The position numbers and the translations under genes were made by a program. Shown one piece after another: positions 35,662 to 48,128 of a stretch of DNA of 64,000 nt. The DNA comes from Blastocladiella emersonii ATCC 22665. Its lineage: Eukaryota > Fungi > Blastocladiomycota. Location of the stretch: contig JANHCV010000003.1 in NCBI GenBank assembly GCA_025594325.1, forward strand, positions 1,302,001-1,366,000, given 5' to 3'. How positions within the stretch are numbered: position 1 is the first letter of the stretch; each line of letters begins with the position of its first letter. The notes below the pieces were generated by a model that worked only from the letters and a program-made list of their open reading frames with translations, was not told the origin of the DNA and did no database searches.

Positions 35662-37995
35662 ATGATGTCCCTCCGCCAGCTCGCGTCGCCGTCGGCGGCC
35701 GCCCTCCTCCGTGGCCAGCGTGGCCGCCTCTTTGCTTCGTCCGCGGTGGCGGCCGGGTTCGTCAAGGGCCCTTTCACCCGGGCAACAGGCCGACTCGTGA
35801 GCACTCGCGGCACTCCCGCCACCGCCCCCGCTGCCGCCGCCGCCCGTCCCTTCTCCTCCTCTTTGCTCTCCGCCCGCCTCGGCTCCCGCTCCCTTGCTCA
35901 CGCAACCCACGGCATCGACACCATGACGCAGCTCCCGACCCTGGCCCCGCCCACCACCGACCTCAACTTTGCGCTCACCGCCGAGGAGGTGACGGCCACG
36001 GCCGAGCGCACCATGCGCATCTCCAACAAGGTGTACGACGAGATCGCCGCGCTCGAGCCCGCCGAGTGCACCTACGAGTCGGTCATCCTGCGCCTCGCCC
36101 GCCTCGAGAACATGGCCATCTCCGAGGTCTCCAAGGCGACCTTTGTCCAGTTCTTCTCGCCCGTCAAGGAGGCCCGCGACGCCTCGCAGGCCGCCTCGCA
36201 GAAGCTCGAGGTCCGTTCGTTCTCGTCCGCTCGCGTCTGCTCCCGATCCACTCACCCACGCTCTTCCATGTAACAGGAGTTCGAGATCGAGGCCTCGATG
36301 CGCGAGGACATCTACCGCGCCGTCAAGCTGGCCTCGACGCGCATGCCCGAGTCGGCCGACGCCGAGGACCGCCTGCTCGTCGAGCGCCTGCTGCTCAACT
36401 TTGAGCGCAACGGGCTCGCCCTCGACCCCGTCAAGCGCGACGAGCTCAAGGGCTACAAGAAGCGCATCTCGGAGCTCGCCATCCAGTTCTCGCGCAACGT
36501 GGCCGAGGACAAGTCGTTTGTCGCCTTCACCCGCGAGGAGCTCGACGGCATGCCCGACGACTACCTCGAGTCGCTCACCAAGCTCGACAACGGCAAGTAC
36601 AAGGTCACCATGGCCTACCCGGACCGCCTGCCGCTCCTGCGCAAGGCCAAGAACCCCGCCACGCGCCGCGCCGTCGACGAGACCGCCGCCAAGATGTGCC
36701 CCGAGAACGTGGCCATCCTCGAGGAGATCATCGTCCTGCGCGCCAAGGCCGCCGCCGTCCTCGGCTACAAGAACCACGCCGAGTTCAAGGTCGAGGTCAA
36801 CATGGCCAAGACCCCCGAGACCATCCTCACCTTCCTCAACGACCTGCGCGGCAAGCTCGTCACCGCCGGCCAGCGCGACAAGGCCAAGCTGCTCGAGCTC
36901 AAGGCCGCCGACCACGCCGAGCGCGGGCTGCCCATCGAGAACGAGCTCTACTCGTGGGACACGGCCTTCTACAACACCATGCTCATCGAGAAAGAGTTCA
37001 ACGTCGACCAGGACGAGGTCAAGCAGTACTTCAGCTTCGAGAACGTGCTCAAGGGCATCCTCGGCCTCTACTCGCGCCTCTTCAACGTCACCTTCACGCA
37101 GACGACGGATGTGGCCACCTGGCACGAGGACGTTGTCGTGTATCACGTCCACGATTCCACCAACGGATCCTACATCGGGACCTACTTCCTGGACATGTTC
37201 CCGCGCGAGGGAGCCTACAACCACGCGGCCGTCTTCCCCCTGCGCCCTACGTGCGTCCTGGCCGACGGTACCTCGACGTTCCCCGTGGCGGCGATGAAGA
37301 TGAACGCGACCAAGCCCCTGGCCAACACCCCGTCGCTGTTCAAGCACGACGAGTTCGTCACGTTCGCGCACGAGCTCGGCCACGCCGTGCACAACCAGCT
37401 GTCCAAGACCAAGCACGGGCGGTTCCACGGCACGTCGACGGCGGGCGATTTCGTCGAGGCCCCCTCGCAGCTGCTCGAGAACTGGTGCTGGGAGCCGTCG
37501 GTGCTCGCCGAGATCGGCGTCCACTACAAGACGGGCGAGAAGATGCCCGCCGACCTGATCGAGCGGCTCGTCGCGACCCGCAACATCAACGCCGGCATGT
37601 TCAACCTGCGCCAGCTCTTCTTCGGCCTCTTCGACATGGAGGTGCACACGCGCGCCGTCGACAACGCCACCGTCAACACGACCGAGCTGTACAACAAGCT
37701 GCGCGAGGAGATCACGCTGGTCCCCGGCGCGCCCAACACGTTCGGCCACGCCACCTTCGGCCACATTGTCGGCGGGTACGACGCCGGCTACTACGGCTAC
37801 ATGTGGTCGCTCGTGTTCGCCGCCGACATGTACTCGCGGTTCGAGAAGGACGGCATCTTCAACCCGGCCACGGGCCTCGACTACCGCCGCGAGGTGCTGT
37901 TCCCCGGCTCGTCGCGCGACGAGATGGAGTCGCTCCGCAAGTTCCTCGGCCGCGAGCCCAACTCGGAGGCCTTCCTGCGCAAGCTCGGCCTGTAA
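35662..37995 (+). CDS. M3 metallopeptidase (thimet oligopeptidase/neurolysin/Prd1-like), join(35662..36210,36277..37995)
   Basis: FAHELGHAVH zinc motif, DFVEAPSQLLENW, YLDMFPREG-like motif (FLDMFPREG), GYDAGYYGYMWS and FLGREPN; 66-nt intron. Confidence 0.95.
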
Positions 37996-38667
37996 GGTGG
38001 TGTGATCGGTCGGTCGGAGTGGGTCGGTCGGGCCGTGACGCCCGCAACCGCCTCCACGTCTTCTCCTTCTTCGAGTCCACGAAACGTCGAACAACTCTGC
38101 TGCTACACAACGATGAAATAGAACGCGATTTGAGCTCACCCCGACCCTGACTCGGACTCTGGTGTGGGGTCGCACCCGTCACATCCATCGGCCCGCCGAT
38201 CGCCCGGATTCCGGTCAGCTGGAGCGGGAGCGCCACACTCTCGAGCCGCTTCCTCCTTCTGCCCTGCTGTCCGCCCGTACCCTCTCCTCGCACAGGGACG
38301 CCCGCGGCCACTACGAAGCACACTTGACGCATCGACCCCGATCCGCGACCCGGCGCCCATTAGACTAGACGGAGCCCGGCCGCCGCGACAACTGTCCTTG
38401 CCCGCCCGCCCCGCCGACGATCCCGCTGCTCGACCGACGACGAACGAACGACACTTTCGTGGCACATGCCAGAACTGCCTCGAGTGGGCCCCTCTACCCA
38501 CTGTCGGAGCTGCAGCAGACCCCTTCCCTCGGCCTCCTCGCCCTCGCGACACCCTCGACCAGTCTCCGCCGCCGCCCGCATCTGGTTGCGGTGGCCGTCC
38601 TAAACCCGCCCTCGCCCCGCTCCGCTCCGCCTCGATCTGTATCCGCCCGTCGTCCCGTCATCAGAGC

Positions 38668-41600
38668 ATGGTCGTTCCCTCGTGCAAGGAGCTCGGCACC
38701 TTTTCCTCGCTCACCGATGAGACCCTGGCCCCTGCCCTCAAGTGCTGCGACGCCTCGGTCGCTTCCGGCGGCGCCGTTACCAACGCGAGCGTACCCTCCT
38801 CGTCCTTCTTCATCGCCGCGCCCGAGGACGTGCTGTCGTGCGGCCCGCGCGACTCGATCGCCGTCACCCGCGCCCAGGTCGCCGCGCTGCCGCGCGAGCT
38901 GCTCGAGCTGCGCCGCCTCGACTCCCTGTTCATCGAGGAGACGGTCAGCGGCGCCTTCGACCTCGGCAAGCTCAATGTCCTGCGCCGCCTCGTGCTGCGC
39001 GGCAACTCGCGCATCTCGCTGCCCGCGGGATTCTCGCCGTCGCCCAACCTCCGCGAACTCGTGTGTGCGGGGAACGGGATCGCGGGCGCGTTCCCCGCGG
39101 AGATCCTTGCCAAGGGCCAGCTCGAGATCCTGTACGACCGTTGCCTTGTCTCGGTGCAGGCCGACCTCGCTGACTGTCCTGTACCTCTCTCGTAGCGACC
39201 TGTCGAGAAACCAGTACTCGGGCAACCTCCCCGCCAACCTCGGGAGCTCGCTGTCGAAGCTGCAGGTCCTGGACCTGTCCAATAACCTCTTCAACGGCTC
39301 GGTCCCGCCGCTCGTGTCGCTCTTCGCCCTGCACGTGCTCAACCTCGGCAACAACGAGTTCCGCTCGCTCCCGCCCCGATTCCCCGAGCTCCTGCAGACG
39401 CTCGACGCGCGCAAGAACGCGCTTCGCGGGACCCTCGAGCTCGACGTCCTCGCCGACGCCCGCGAGGTGCACCTGCAGTCCAACCCGGAACTCGCCGTCG
39501 TCGTGCGCGCCGGCGAGTACCGCCTGCAGACGCTTAACGTCAAGGGCATCCGCGCCCTGCGCATCGACGCGTCCGCCGTCCACGCCTTCGACAACTTCAC
39601 CTGCACCGCCGGCCCGCCCGACGCGGCGTGCGTGTTCCGCGGAAACCAGCTGCCCGGACCGACTACTGTCCCGGCGGCGCCCGTCGTCGCGTCCAACCTC
39701 GACGCCGCGGGGCGCCCGGGCCCCGCCGCCGGCTCCGCCCGCGCGCCCACCCCGCCCGACGCCGCGCCGGTCCCCTTCTCGATCGCCGACCGGTGCAAGG
39801 TCACGCGGCCGTGCTCGCAGACGGAGCTGGCGAGCGTCGGCGTCAACGGCCACGATACGAACCTCGTCGACCCGCCCGACGGGTCCGCGGCCGTCATGAC
39901 CGGGTCCGGCCTCAGCGAGCGCATTCCCATGTTCTACGTGCTGATCGTCGCCTTCTCCGCTATCGGCATCGGCATGGCGTCCGTCGTCGCATTCAACAGC
40001 TACCGCCAGCTGCGCAAGCATAAGCGCAAGCGGCGGCGGCTGTCGGGCAAGCCGGCCGACTTCCCGCGACCGCCCCAACCGTCGCTTGCGGCGGCGCCGT
40101 GGTCGGCCAGCCAGGACCACAGCGGCGGCGCGACCGTCGCGTCGAGCCACCAGCTCCGCGGCGGCGGCGGGTACTACAACAGCGCCAGCGACGCGGTCAC
40201 GTCGACCGTCTCGGTCCGCCACGCCAAGCACATGAGCACCGCCGCGCCCACCATCATCCTCCCCGGCGGCGGCGGACTCGCGTCCGAGCAGGGCGCGAGC
40301 ACCAAGTCGTACACGTCGTCGCCGTTCCTCGGCAGCGGCGCGGGCGGACCCGGCGACGGCACGGTCCGTGTCGAGAGCGTCACGGCCGGAACCCCCTCGG
40401 ACTCGTACCCGCCGCCGTGGCTGGTCGCCTCGCCGCACCAACAGCACCAACAGCAGGAGCAGTACCTCGCGGCGCCCGCAAAGTCACTCGCGCCACCACC
40501 GCCGGGCGAGGCCAAGTACCGCCTCTCCGCCGCAGCCACGCGCCGGCTATCGGTCGACTCGACACTGTCCTCGCCGGTATCGAGCGCCTCGTCCGAGGAG
40601 TCGACCCACCGCGACATGGCCGCGTACCTCGCCGACGCGATCAAGCCGCCGTCGGTGCCCGCGAGCGTCGCGCGGCCCGAGTCCGGGATCAGCACCTCGC
40701 GCAAGGGGCCGCGGCCCGCCGACCTCGTCATCCCCGTCGACCCCGCGTGGGCCGCCACCGCCGCGCTCGCCACGGGCGCCACGGGCGCGACCAGCAGCGA
40801 CCACCGGTCCCCGCGGTCCGCCGCCGCCGTGCTCGGGACGCCCGGCGCGTACACGTACGAGATGCTCGGGCTGCCCACGCCGCTGCCCGGCGGCGGCGGC
40901 GGCGGCGCGCCCGTGTCGCCCGCGCCAATGTTTTCGGACCCCGCAGCCGTCGCCGTTGCACCCGCCGCCGCGGACGAGGAGGAGGAGGGCGACCCCCTTG
41001 CGTTCCTGAGCATCACGGGCACGCGCAACTTCAACGCGGTGGTCGTGTACCCGCACGAGCCCGACATGGGCGACGAGATCGGGCTCGTGGTCGGCGACGA
41101 GGTGTGGGTCGAGGTGGCGTACCAGGACGGGTGGGCCGCCGGCGTCAACCTCACCCGCAACGTCCAGGGCGTGTTCCCGCTCGTCTGTCTGCAGCCCACG
41201 GCGCTCCGGCAACCTGTCGCCGCGGCAGCAGCGACGTCGTGGTCCGCGAACGCGCAGCAGACGCCGGTATCCCCGCTTCCGCCACCACCACAACCGTCCG
41301 CCGCGCAGCAGCAGCAGCCCATCGGCCAAGCGCCGCCCGTCTCGTTCGGCGACATGACGTCGTACCACTCGGGCACGCTCGTGCTCACCAACCCCGGCGC
41401 CCCGTCGACGGCCACCGGCACGCCCGCAGATACGATCCCGCCGCACGGCGAGTGGCGCGGCCGCCCCGCCAAGTCGCCGCCGAACGGACCGGCCGGGTCG
41501 GCCGCGTCGAGTCCAAGGCCGCCCGCAGATGCGCCCGAGGTCTCGGTCGAAATGGACGCGGCGGTCGGCGAGTACCGCCCGCCGCCCGTGTCGTTCGCCG

Positions 41601-42328
41601 CGTCCATGAACTCGGTCTCCAACGCGGGCTCGCCGTGCGACGTGCGGCCGCCCGAGCTCGATGACCCGGAGCGCGACTTTTTGCGCGGTCTCACCTCGCC
41701 CACGTCGTCGACGCAGTCGCACCTCTCCGTGAGCCCGCCCGCTGCCGCTGCGGCGCGACCCGAGTCGCCTTCACCGCCGCACCTCGCCGCGATCGTCACG
41801 GACGTGACCCTGCCGCCGCGGCGCGGGAGCCACGCCAAGCCGCCGCCGAAACACGTGCAGCTAGCGACGGCGTCGGGTCTCGTGGCGCCGATCGTGACGA
41901 GCAACCTAGCCAAGCGGCGGCCGACGCGGCCCACGTCCGCGACGGCCGACGTCACGGTCGCCGAAATCGCGAGGGCGGCGGCTGACACGGTCCGCGCGCC
42001 GCCGCCCGCCGCCCTCGCGCGGCCCATGAGCGCGGACCTCGTCACGCCCGTCTCAGCCGCGAGCCCCGTGTCGTCGGTGTCGGTCCTCGGCCCGCTCTCG
42101 TCGTCGTGCCCGCTGCTCGAGTCGATGCTGGTGCGCTCTGCGACGGCCAAGGCCGAGGAGTTTACGGATGACGACGATGACGATGATGATGTGGCGACGG
42201 TGATCGTCACGCCCGCCGAGGACGACTCGGAGACGTCGCCCGGCGCCGCGAGCGGTAGTGGCGGCGGTGGGAGCGGGAACGCGGCCATGATCCTGGAGCG
42301 CGCGCCGGCTCGATGGAAGTGGATGTAG
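38668..42328 (+). CDS. LRR receptor-like membrane protein with cytoplasmic SH3 domain (start uncertain; an upstream exon is possible)
   Basis: Plant-type LRRs joined by a 64-nt intron 39132-39195 (LEILDLSRNQYSGNLP; LQVLDLSNNLFNGSVP). TM segment FYVLIVAFSAIGIGMASVVAF followed by RKHKRKRRR. SH3 motif VVYPHEPDMGDEIGLVVGDEVWV...DGWAAG...GVFPLVCL. Confidence 0.8.
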
Positions 42329-42720
42329 CATCCGCATGTAGATTATTTTTGATATAGCAATCCGTGAGGACTCTTGTGTAACGACTTTTGACGATGCTTC
42401 GAATGAGGGGCGGGCGGAGTGGTGTCTCGCGTGTGTGGCGCAGCGCGTCGTGAGAGACGCGTTTCGAGAACACGCGCCGGAGCGACGCGCGTTCTCGCCT
42501 CGCGCGAGCGGGTTGACGGACCCTGGTTATCGTGAATGAATCAACGGCTAGTTCCTGCAGCTTATGAAGCTTGCCGCATGGTGGGACACTGGCCATCGAC
42601 GCTCATCGGTGGCGCGCCGACCTCGAACGCGGCACACCTCGAGTCCCTTGAAATGTTGAAGGTGATTAAACGAGCGCTGAGCAACTTTTGCCAAACACCA
42701 GAGGCAATCGGTTTACCGAC

Positions 42721-45700
42721 ATGAGATGCGCGTACGATTCCGATCCGCCGCAACACGATGAGGAGAGCAGGCCGCCGGCCCGCGTGATCATTCCCGCGGC
42801 CCTCGCTGGTCCCGTCGGCACCCAGGTCGGCGCAGTCGGCGGTCCCTCCGCTCTCTCCGCAGCAACTTACGCACCCGCAATGAATCAAACACATGGTGCA
42901 GGCATGCGCCGCCGCCTCCACGACCCGCTTGGCGACGCGCCCTCGCCGCTGAGTGGCAACGGCGATGTTCGGCCGGCACGGGCGTCCTCGGAGACGGACC
43001 CATTGCTCTCTCAACCTCTTTATGGGTGCCCGGGTGGCACCGCCGAGGACCACGAACATCGTGAGGCGTCGAACTTGCTCTCACCGGCGAGCGAACTTGA
43101 ACGCGAAAGCGACGCGGTGCCGAACGCGATACGCGCGTCGCGAAGCGAGTACCACCAGCTCTCTGCTCACGCTCCAGCCGACCACTCGCACGATGCCGGT
43201 GCTGGTGCCGCGTCCTGGCCGCTGCGAGTAGTTGGCCGGCTCAATCTGCGCTCGTCGTCGTGGTTCCCGCTGGTCGTGAGCTGCGGGATCGTCTCCATCG
43301 GCGTGGGTACGCACTTTGCAGCGACACGGAGCTGCTGGAGCCCACACTAAGCCGACGACGCACTCGTAGGCGCAGCCATCGGCCTCCTCATCTGGTTCAC
43401 CAACGTCGAGACGCACACGTTCGAGCGCGAGTTCCGCACCCAGTGCCAGCTCAGCGTGCGCTCGCTCGAGGCGGTCCTCCATGTACGCCTCAAGCAGTTC
43501 ACCGAGAACGTGTCCGCGTACACGTACTCGAGCACCGAGGTCACCAACGGTGCGCGTATTCCCTTCGAAGGAGACCAACGATAGGGGAACTGACGTACTC
43601 GGTTACATCGAACAGGAACTTTTATCGCATTCATGAACCGGTCGTCCTTCAACCCGCGGATCGTCTACAGCGTCGCGCTCGCGCCCGTCGTCTCCCGCGA
43701 CGAGCTGCCCCTGTTCGAACGGCTCTACGCCAAGAAGGCGTGGAACAATGACACGGGTCTCGTCGCTGGCGATCCGTCGCTCGTCCCGTTACCGCTCATG
43801 TACGCGACCTAGGATTGCGATCTCATCGATGGCTCACGCCTCGGATGGTTGTAGCTATCCCGAGTCCCGCTTCCGCTCACCCTTCGTCGGCATGAACCTG
43901 CTCTCATCAGCGAGCCGGCGGAAGGCCGTCCTCGAGGCGAATCGCACGGGTACGTGGGCCATCTCGCCGCCCGTGGCCTTTGTCGATATCGCCGAGCTTG
44001 GGATGATCGCGTTCAAGTTTGCTCGGGAGCGGCCGGCCGCGACCAAGGACACGCCGTTCACGCACTGGGTGACGGCGGTCTCCATGCTCGTCAAGGACCT
44101 GTTCACGCAGACGCTCGACCACACGCGCGGCGTGCCGACGCGCACCGAGGCCGCGCTGCACATCGTGTACCAGCCGACGCAGGAGAAGGTGTTCATGTAC
44201 GGCCCGACGGATCGCGCGGACCTCGTCGCCCGCGATCGGTACGTCCTGCCGTTCCGCGCGGCGAGCGAGGCGCCGTGGTCGGCCGAGTGTATCCCGTCGC
44301 GATCGTACCGCTCGCAGTTCAGCACCGTGTGGCCGTGGGTCCTCTTCGGCGTGGTGCTCGCCTCGTCGGCCGTCATGGCCGAGCTCGCGCGGCGCGGGCT
44401 CCACCGCGTCATAGTGTCGCAGCAGACGCTGCACCAGCTTCGCGCCCAGGAGCGGCTTCTGGGGACGCTTCAGCAGTATTCCAAGGCCATTACACAGGCG
44501 ATTCCCGATGCCATGGTCCTGCTCGACTCGGATGGCCGGATTATCGGCGTCAATGACGCGACGATGCAGATCACGGGGTACTCGATGGCCGAGCTCAATG
44601 AGATGCATGTCTCGGAGGTGCTGGCTGTCGATGCCGACGAGATCCGGCTCCCGCAGCTTCGGCTCCCGTCATCGTCCTCGCTGTCGCTCTCATCGTCGAA
44701 TTCTGCTTCTCGCTCTCACTCTCGATCGCGTGCGAGTTTGTTCCTCTCATCACGCAGCGCGCACGTCGTCCGACGATCGCTCCCGCTCGAGCCCGGCACG
44801 CGCGAGGGCACGGTGCAGCGCAGCGACGGGTCGACGGTACCGGTGCAGGTCTCGATCAGCGTTGTCGAGGCGAGCGAGGTCGACGGGGAGCCCACGCGGC
44901 CGCGCATCAGCTCGTCTTCCACCACGGCTTCCCGCTCATCGGCCAGTGACGCGTTTGCGCAGATCGCGCTATTTCACAACATCTCGGACCAAGTGGAACA
45001 CGTCCGCGTGGCGGCGGCCCTCGAGCGGCGCGCGACGGACGCGGCGCAGGCGCGCAACCGGCTGCTCGGGTTCATTCTGGGCAGCGTGGCCGATCTCGCG
45101 AGCGACATGGTCGCGGACCTAGCCGAGTCGGACGCGCTACTCGAGGAGCGCGGGTACGTCGGCGAGCTGGCGGACGCGAGCGAGGCGGCGCGGCACATGA
45201 AGGCCATGCTCGACGACGTAGCCGGGTTCGCGGGGATCGCGGTTCCGCCGCCGGCTTTTGACGGTTCGAGGCCGCCGCGAGTGAATGGGATGGTGTACTC
45301 GCTCGAGTCGGTGTTGCGCCGCGTCATCGACGGCGCTCTCGACGAGCGGCGGCCGGCGGTCCACGCCAAACAGCTCGCGATCCTCACCGACGTGCAGCTG
45401 CAGGGCCTGCTCCCGCCGCTGGCTGTCGCGGCCGCGCGGTACCTCGACTCGGACGTGGGCACCGAGCTGCGCGCTGTGCTGGCCAAGACGGTCGCCGTGG
45501 GCGTCGGTGCCTCGCTCCCGCTCGCGCGGTGGCTGGTCCTCGTGACGGTGACCCCCGTCGAGGACCCGCTGGGCCCGCCGATCAACCAGACCTCGAGTCT
45601 GCGTCCGACTCGGTCGTCGCGCAACAGCTCGGCTACGGCGCGCCTCGAGATCACCGTGTCGGTGACGATCAGCCGCGTCGCGCCCGGGTGCATCGCGATC

Positions 45701-45940
45701 CGGCCGCTGTCATCGGACCAAGCCGGGACCGCGGTGCACCAGGACCTCGACCTGTCGCTCGGCTCGCGCGGCGCGCGGTTCGGAAACGTGGCGCTGACGT
45801 ACGCGGCGCTGGTGCAGATGGCGGCGCGGCTGGGCGGGACGGCCGAGCACACGGCGGCGGCGGCTCGGGGTGAGGGTGGCAGGTCGGAGCTCACGGTGCG
45901 AGTCCGCGTCCCGTTTATTGTGCGCACTGATCGGGTGTGA
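42721..45940 (+). CDS. CHASE-TM-PAS sensor with degenerate histidine-kinase-like C-terminus (multi-exon; start approximate)
   Basis: TM1 (PLVVSCGIVSIGV/GAAIGLLIWF); CHASE motif GMNLLSSASRRKAVLEANRTGTWAISPPV; TM2 WPWVLFGVVLASSAVM; PAS AIPDAMVLLDSDGRIIGVN...GYS and PAC RSDGSTVPVQVSIS...HNIS; helical DHp-like segment without His. Confidence 0.75.
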
Positions 45941-46305
45941 CAGCTGATACAACCCCACCTACATTCCCACCCGCTCGTGCTCGCGAGGAAACCAGGGACG
46001 CGTCGCGAAAACAGGTGAGCGCCGCGTGACGCGCTCCTTGCACGTGCTGGGCGCCGGTCGCGTGACGTGTTCAGAGCTTCGCGTGTCGCGTGTGTGCGCC
46101 GCGGGTCGCGCCGGGTCGCTCTCGCCGTCCTGCGCGCCCTCGGCCCCCGACGCCGACGCCGACGCCGTGTGGCGACGCCCGTCCTGCACGCACGCCCGCT
46201 TGCCCTCCCCTCAAGCAAGCGCGCCCACTCTCTCTCCCGCTTCGCCACACCCACGCACGGCTGATTGCAACGTATCCGCTACGCAAACGACTACCCGACA
46301 CCACC

Positions 46306-48047
46306 ATGGCGCCGCGCAACACCGACCGCCGCGAGGACTACATCAACACGCTCGTGCCCGTGCTCGACAAGATCCGCACCTGTGAGTACCGACTGCTCGC
46401 GGACCAGCGAGGACCACGACGCGCTGACGCCCTGTCCCGACCCACCCGCTAGGCACGCAGCTCAGCCTGCCGTATGGCGCCAAGGCCGAGGTCGAGTGGC
46501 AGTACTTTGAGGAGATCCACGAGCTGCAGGTCGAGCTCATGGAGACCCAGGCCAAGGCCGGTACGTCGCCTGCCTGTGTCGCGCCGTGATCTGCCCCCTA
46601 ACCGACGCGTCTGGGTGTAGCCGCAAAGTACGGCAAGCAGCGCGCCGGGTCCGCGTCGGCGGTCGCGCCGCGGTCGGCACTGCCCCTCGGCGAGCGGCTG
46701 TCCAAGTTCAAGAAGTGGCTGGTCGCCAACGGCGTGTCCAAGGACGCGCCCGTCGAGTTCAAGGCCAACCTGCACGAGGGCGTGGGCGCCGTCGCGACGC
46801 GCGACGTGGCCAAGGACGAGGAGGTGCTGCGCATCCCGCGCTCGCTCGTCATGAGCACCATGTCGGCGCAGCGGTCGCCGCGCATTCGCGACTTTCTCAC
46901 CGCCGACCGCCAGGTCAACGGCCTGCCCGCCGCCGTGATCCTCGTCGTGCACCTGCTCGAGCACAAGTTCGACCCGACCTCCTTCTACAAGCCCTACCTC
47001 GACGTGCTGCCCGACGCGTTTGCCCTGCCCTACTTCTTCGACCCCGAGGACCTCGCCGAGCTCAAGGGCTCCAGCGTCCTGCGCGAGGTGTACGTGCAGC
47101 TGTGCGACATGCTGCGCACCTACGCCCTCATCTTCGACGCGGTCGAGAAATCCAAGATCGTGTCCATCTGGAACTTCACCTGGGTCGAGTGGCGCTGGGC
47201 CATGGCCGTCGTGCACACGCGCCAGAACGTGATCCCCGCCTACACCAAGGCCGAGGCCGACGAGTGGGTCGCCGCCGGCCGCCAGCTCTCGTCCCTGCCG
47301 CGCACCACCACCTGCCTGATCCCCGGCTGGGACATGATCAACCACCGCGAGGGCCTGCCCATCACCTCGACCAACGACTACGACGTCGGCGACCACGTCT
47401 TTCTCGCCCCCGAACCCGTGCGCCGCGGCCACCAGGTCTACATGGGCTACACGGACAACCGCCCGAACCGCCACCGCCTGATGCGCTCCGCCTTCCTCGC
47501 CCCGAAGCCCGTCCCCGCCGACTACCTGCAGGTCCCCTTCTCGTTCCCCAAGGTCAAGGACGCGCAGCGCCGCAAGCACCTCGCCCTCACCAAGTTCAAG
47601 CTGCAGGAGCCCTTCCCGCTCGACCTGCGCGCCCCGATCGCTGACAACTACGACAATGTCATCGGCACCCTCGCCGCCGCCTTTGGCACGGCCGAGGACC
47701 TCAAGCGCATCGAGCAGCTGCCGTCGCTCGTCCAGGACCAGACCCTCTACCCGACGCTGCAGAAGAACCAGAAGGCCATGGCCGAGGCGTACACGGCGGG
47801 CGAGCTCGAGTGCCGCGCCAAGATCGCCAACTACATCAAGATGCAGGCCATGGTGTACCTGACGCGCAACGAGGAGGACGCGGAAACGTACCGCGCCCAG
47901 CTCGACGAGCTCGTCGCTGCCGGCACCGCGTCCGCCGTCGACCCCGTCAAGGCCCAGATGCGCATCAACGTGCTCCAGTTCCGCCTGTTCGAGCTCGAGA
48001 CGGCCAAGACGCTGCTCGCCCACGCGGAAGAGGAGGCCCAGTCCTAG
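46306..48047 (+). CDS. SETD3-like SET-domain methyltransferase (3 exons)
   Basis: KFKKWLVANG, GVGAVATRDV, LVMSTMSA, SFYKPYLDVLP, WRWAMAVVHTRQNVIP, LIPGWDMINH and QVYMGY, followed by a Rubisco-LSMT-like substrate-binding region. The N-terminal helix resembles SETD3 (EWxxY/F). Confidence 0.8.
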
Positions 48048-48128
48048 GTTTTGCGGGTTTTGCCCGAGTTTTGATTCATCCCAACCAACCAATCTATCAC
48101 CACTTGTTTTTGACAAACCCCTCGTATC

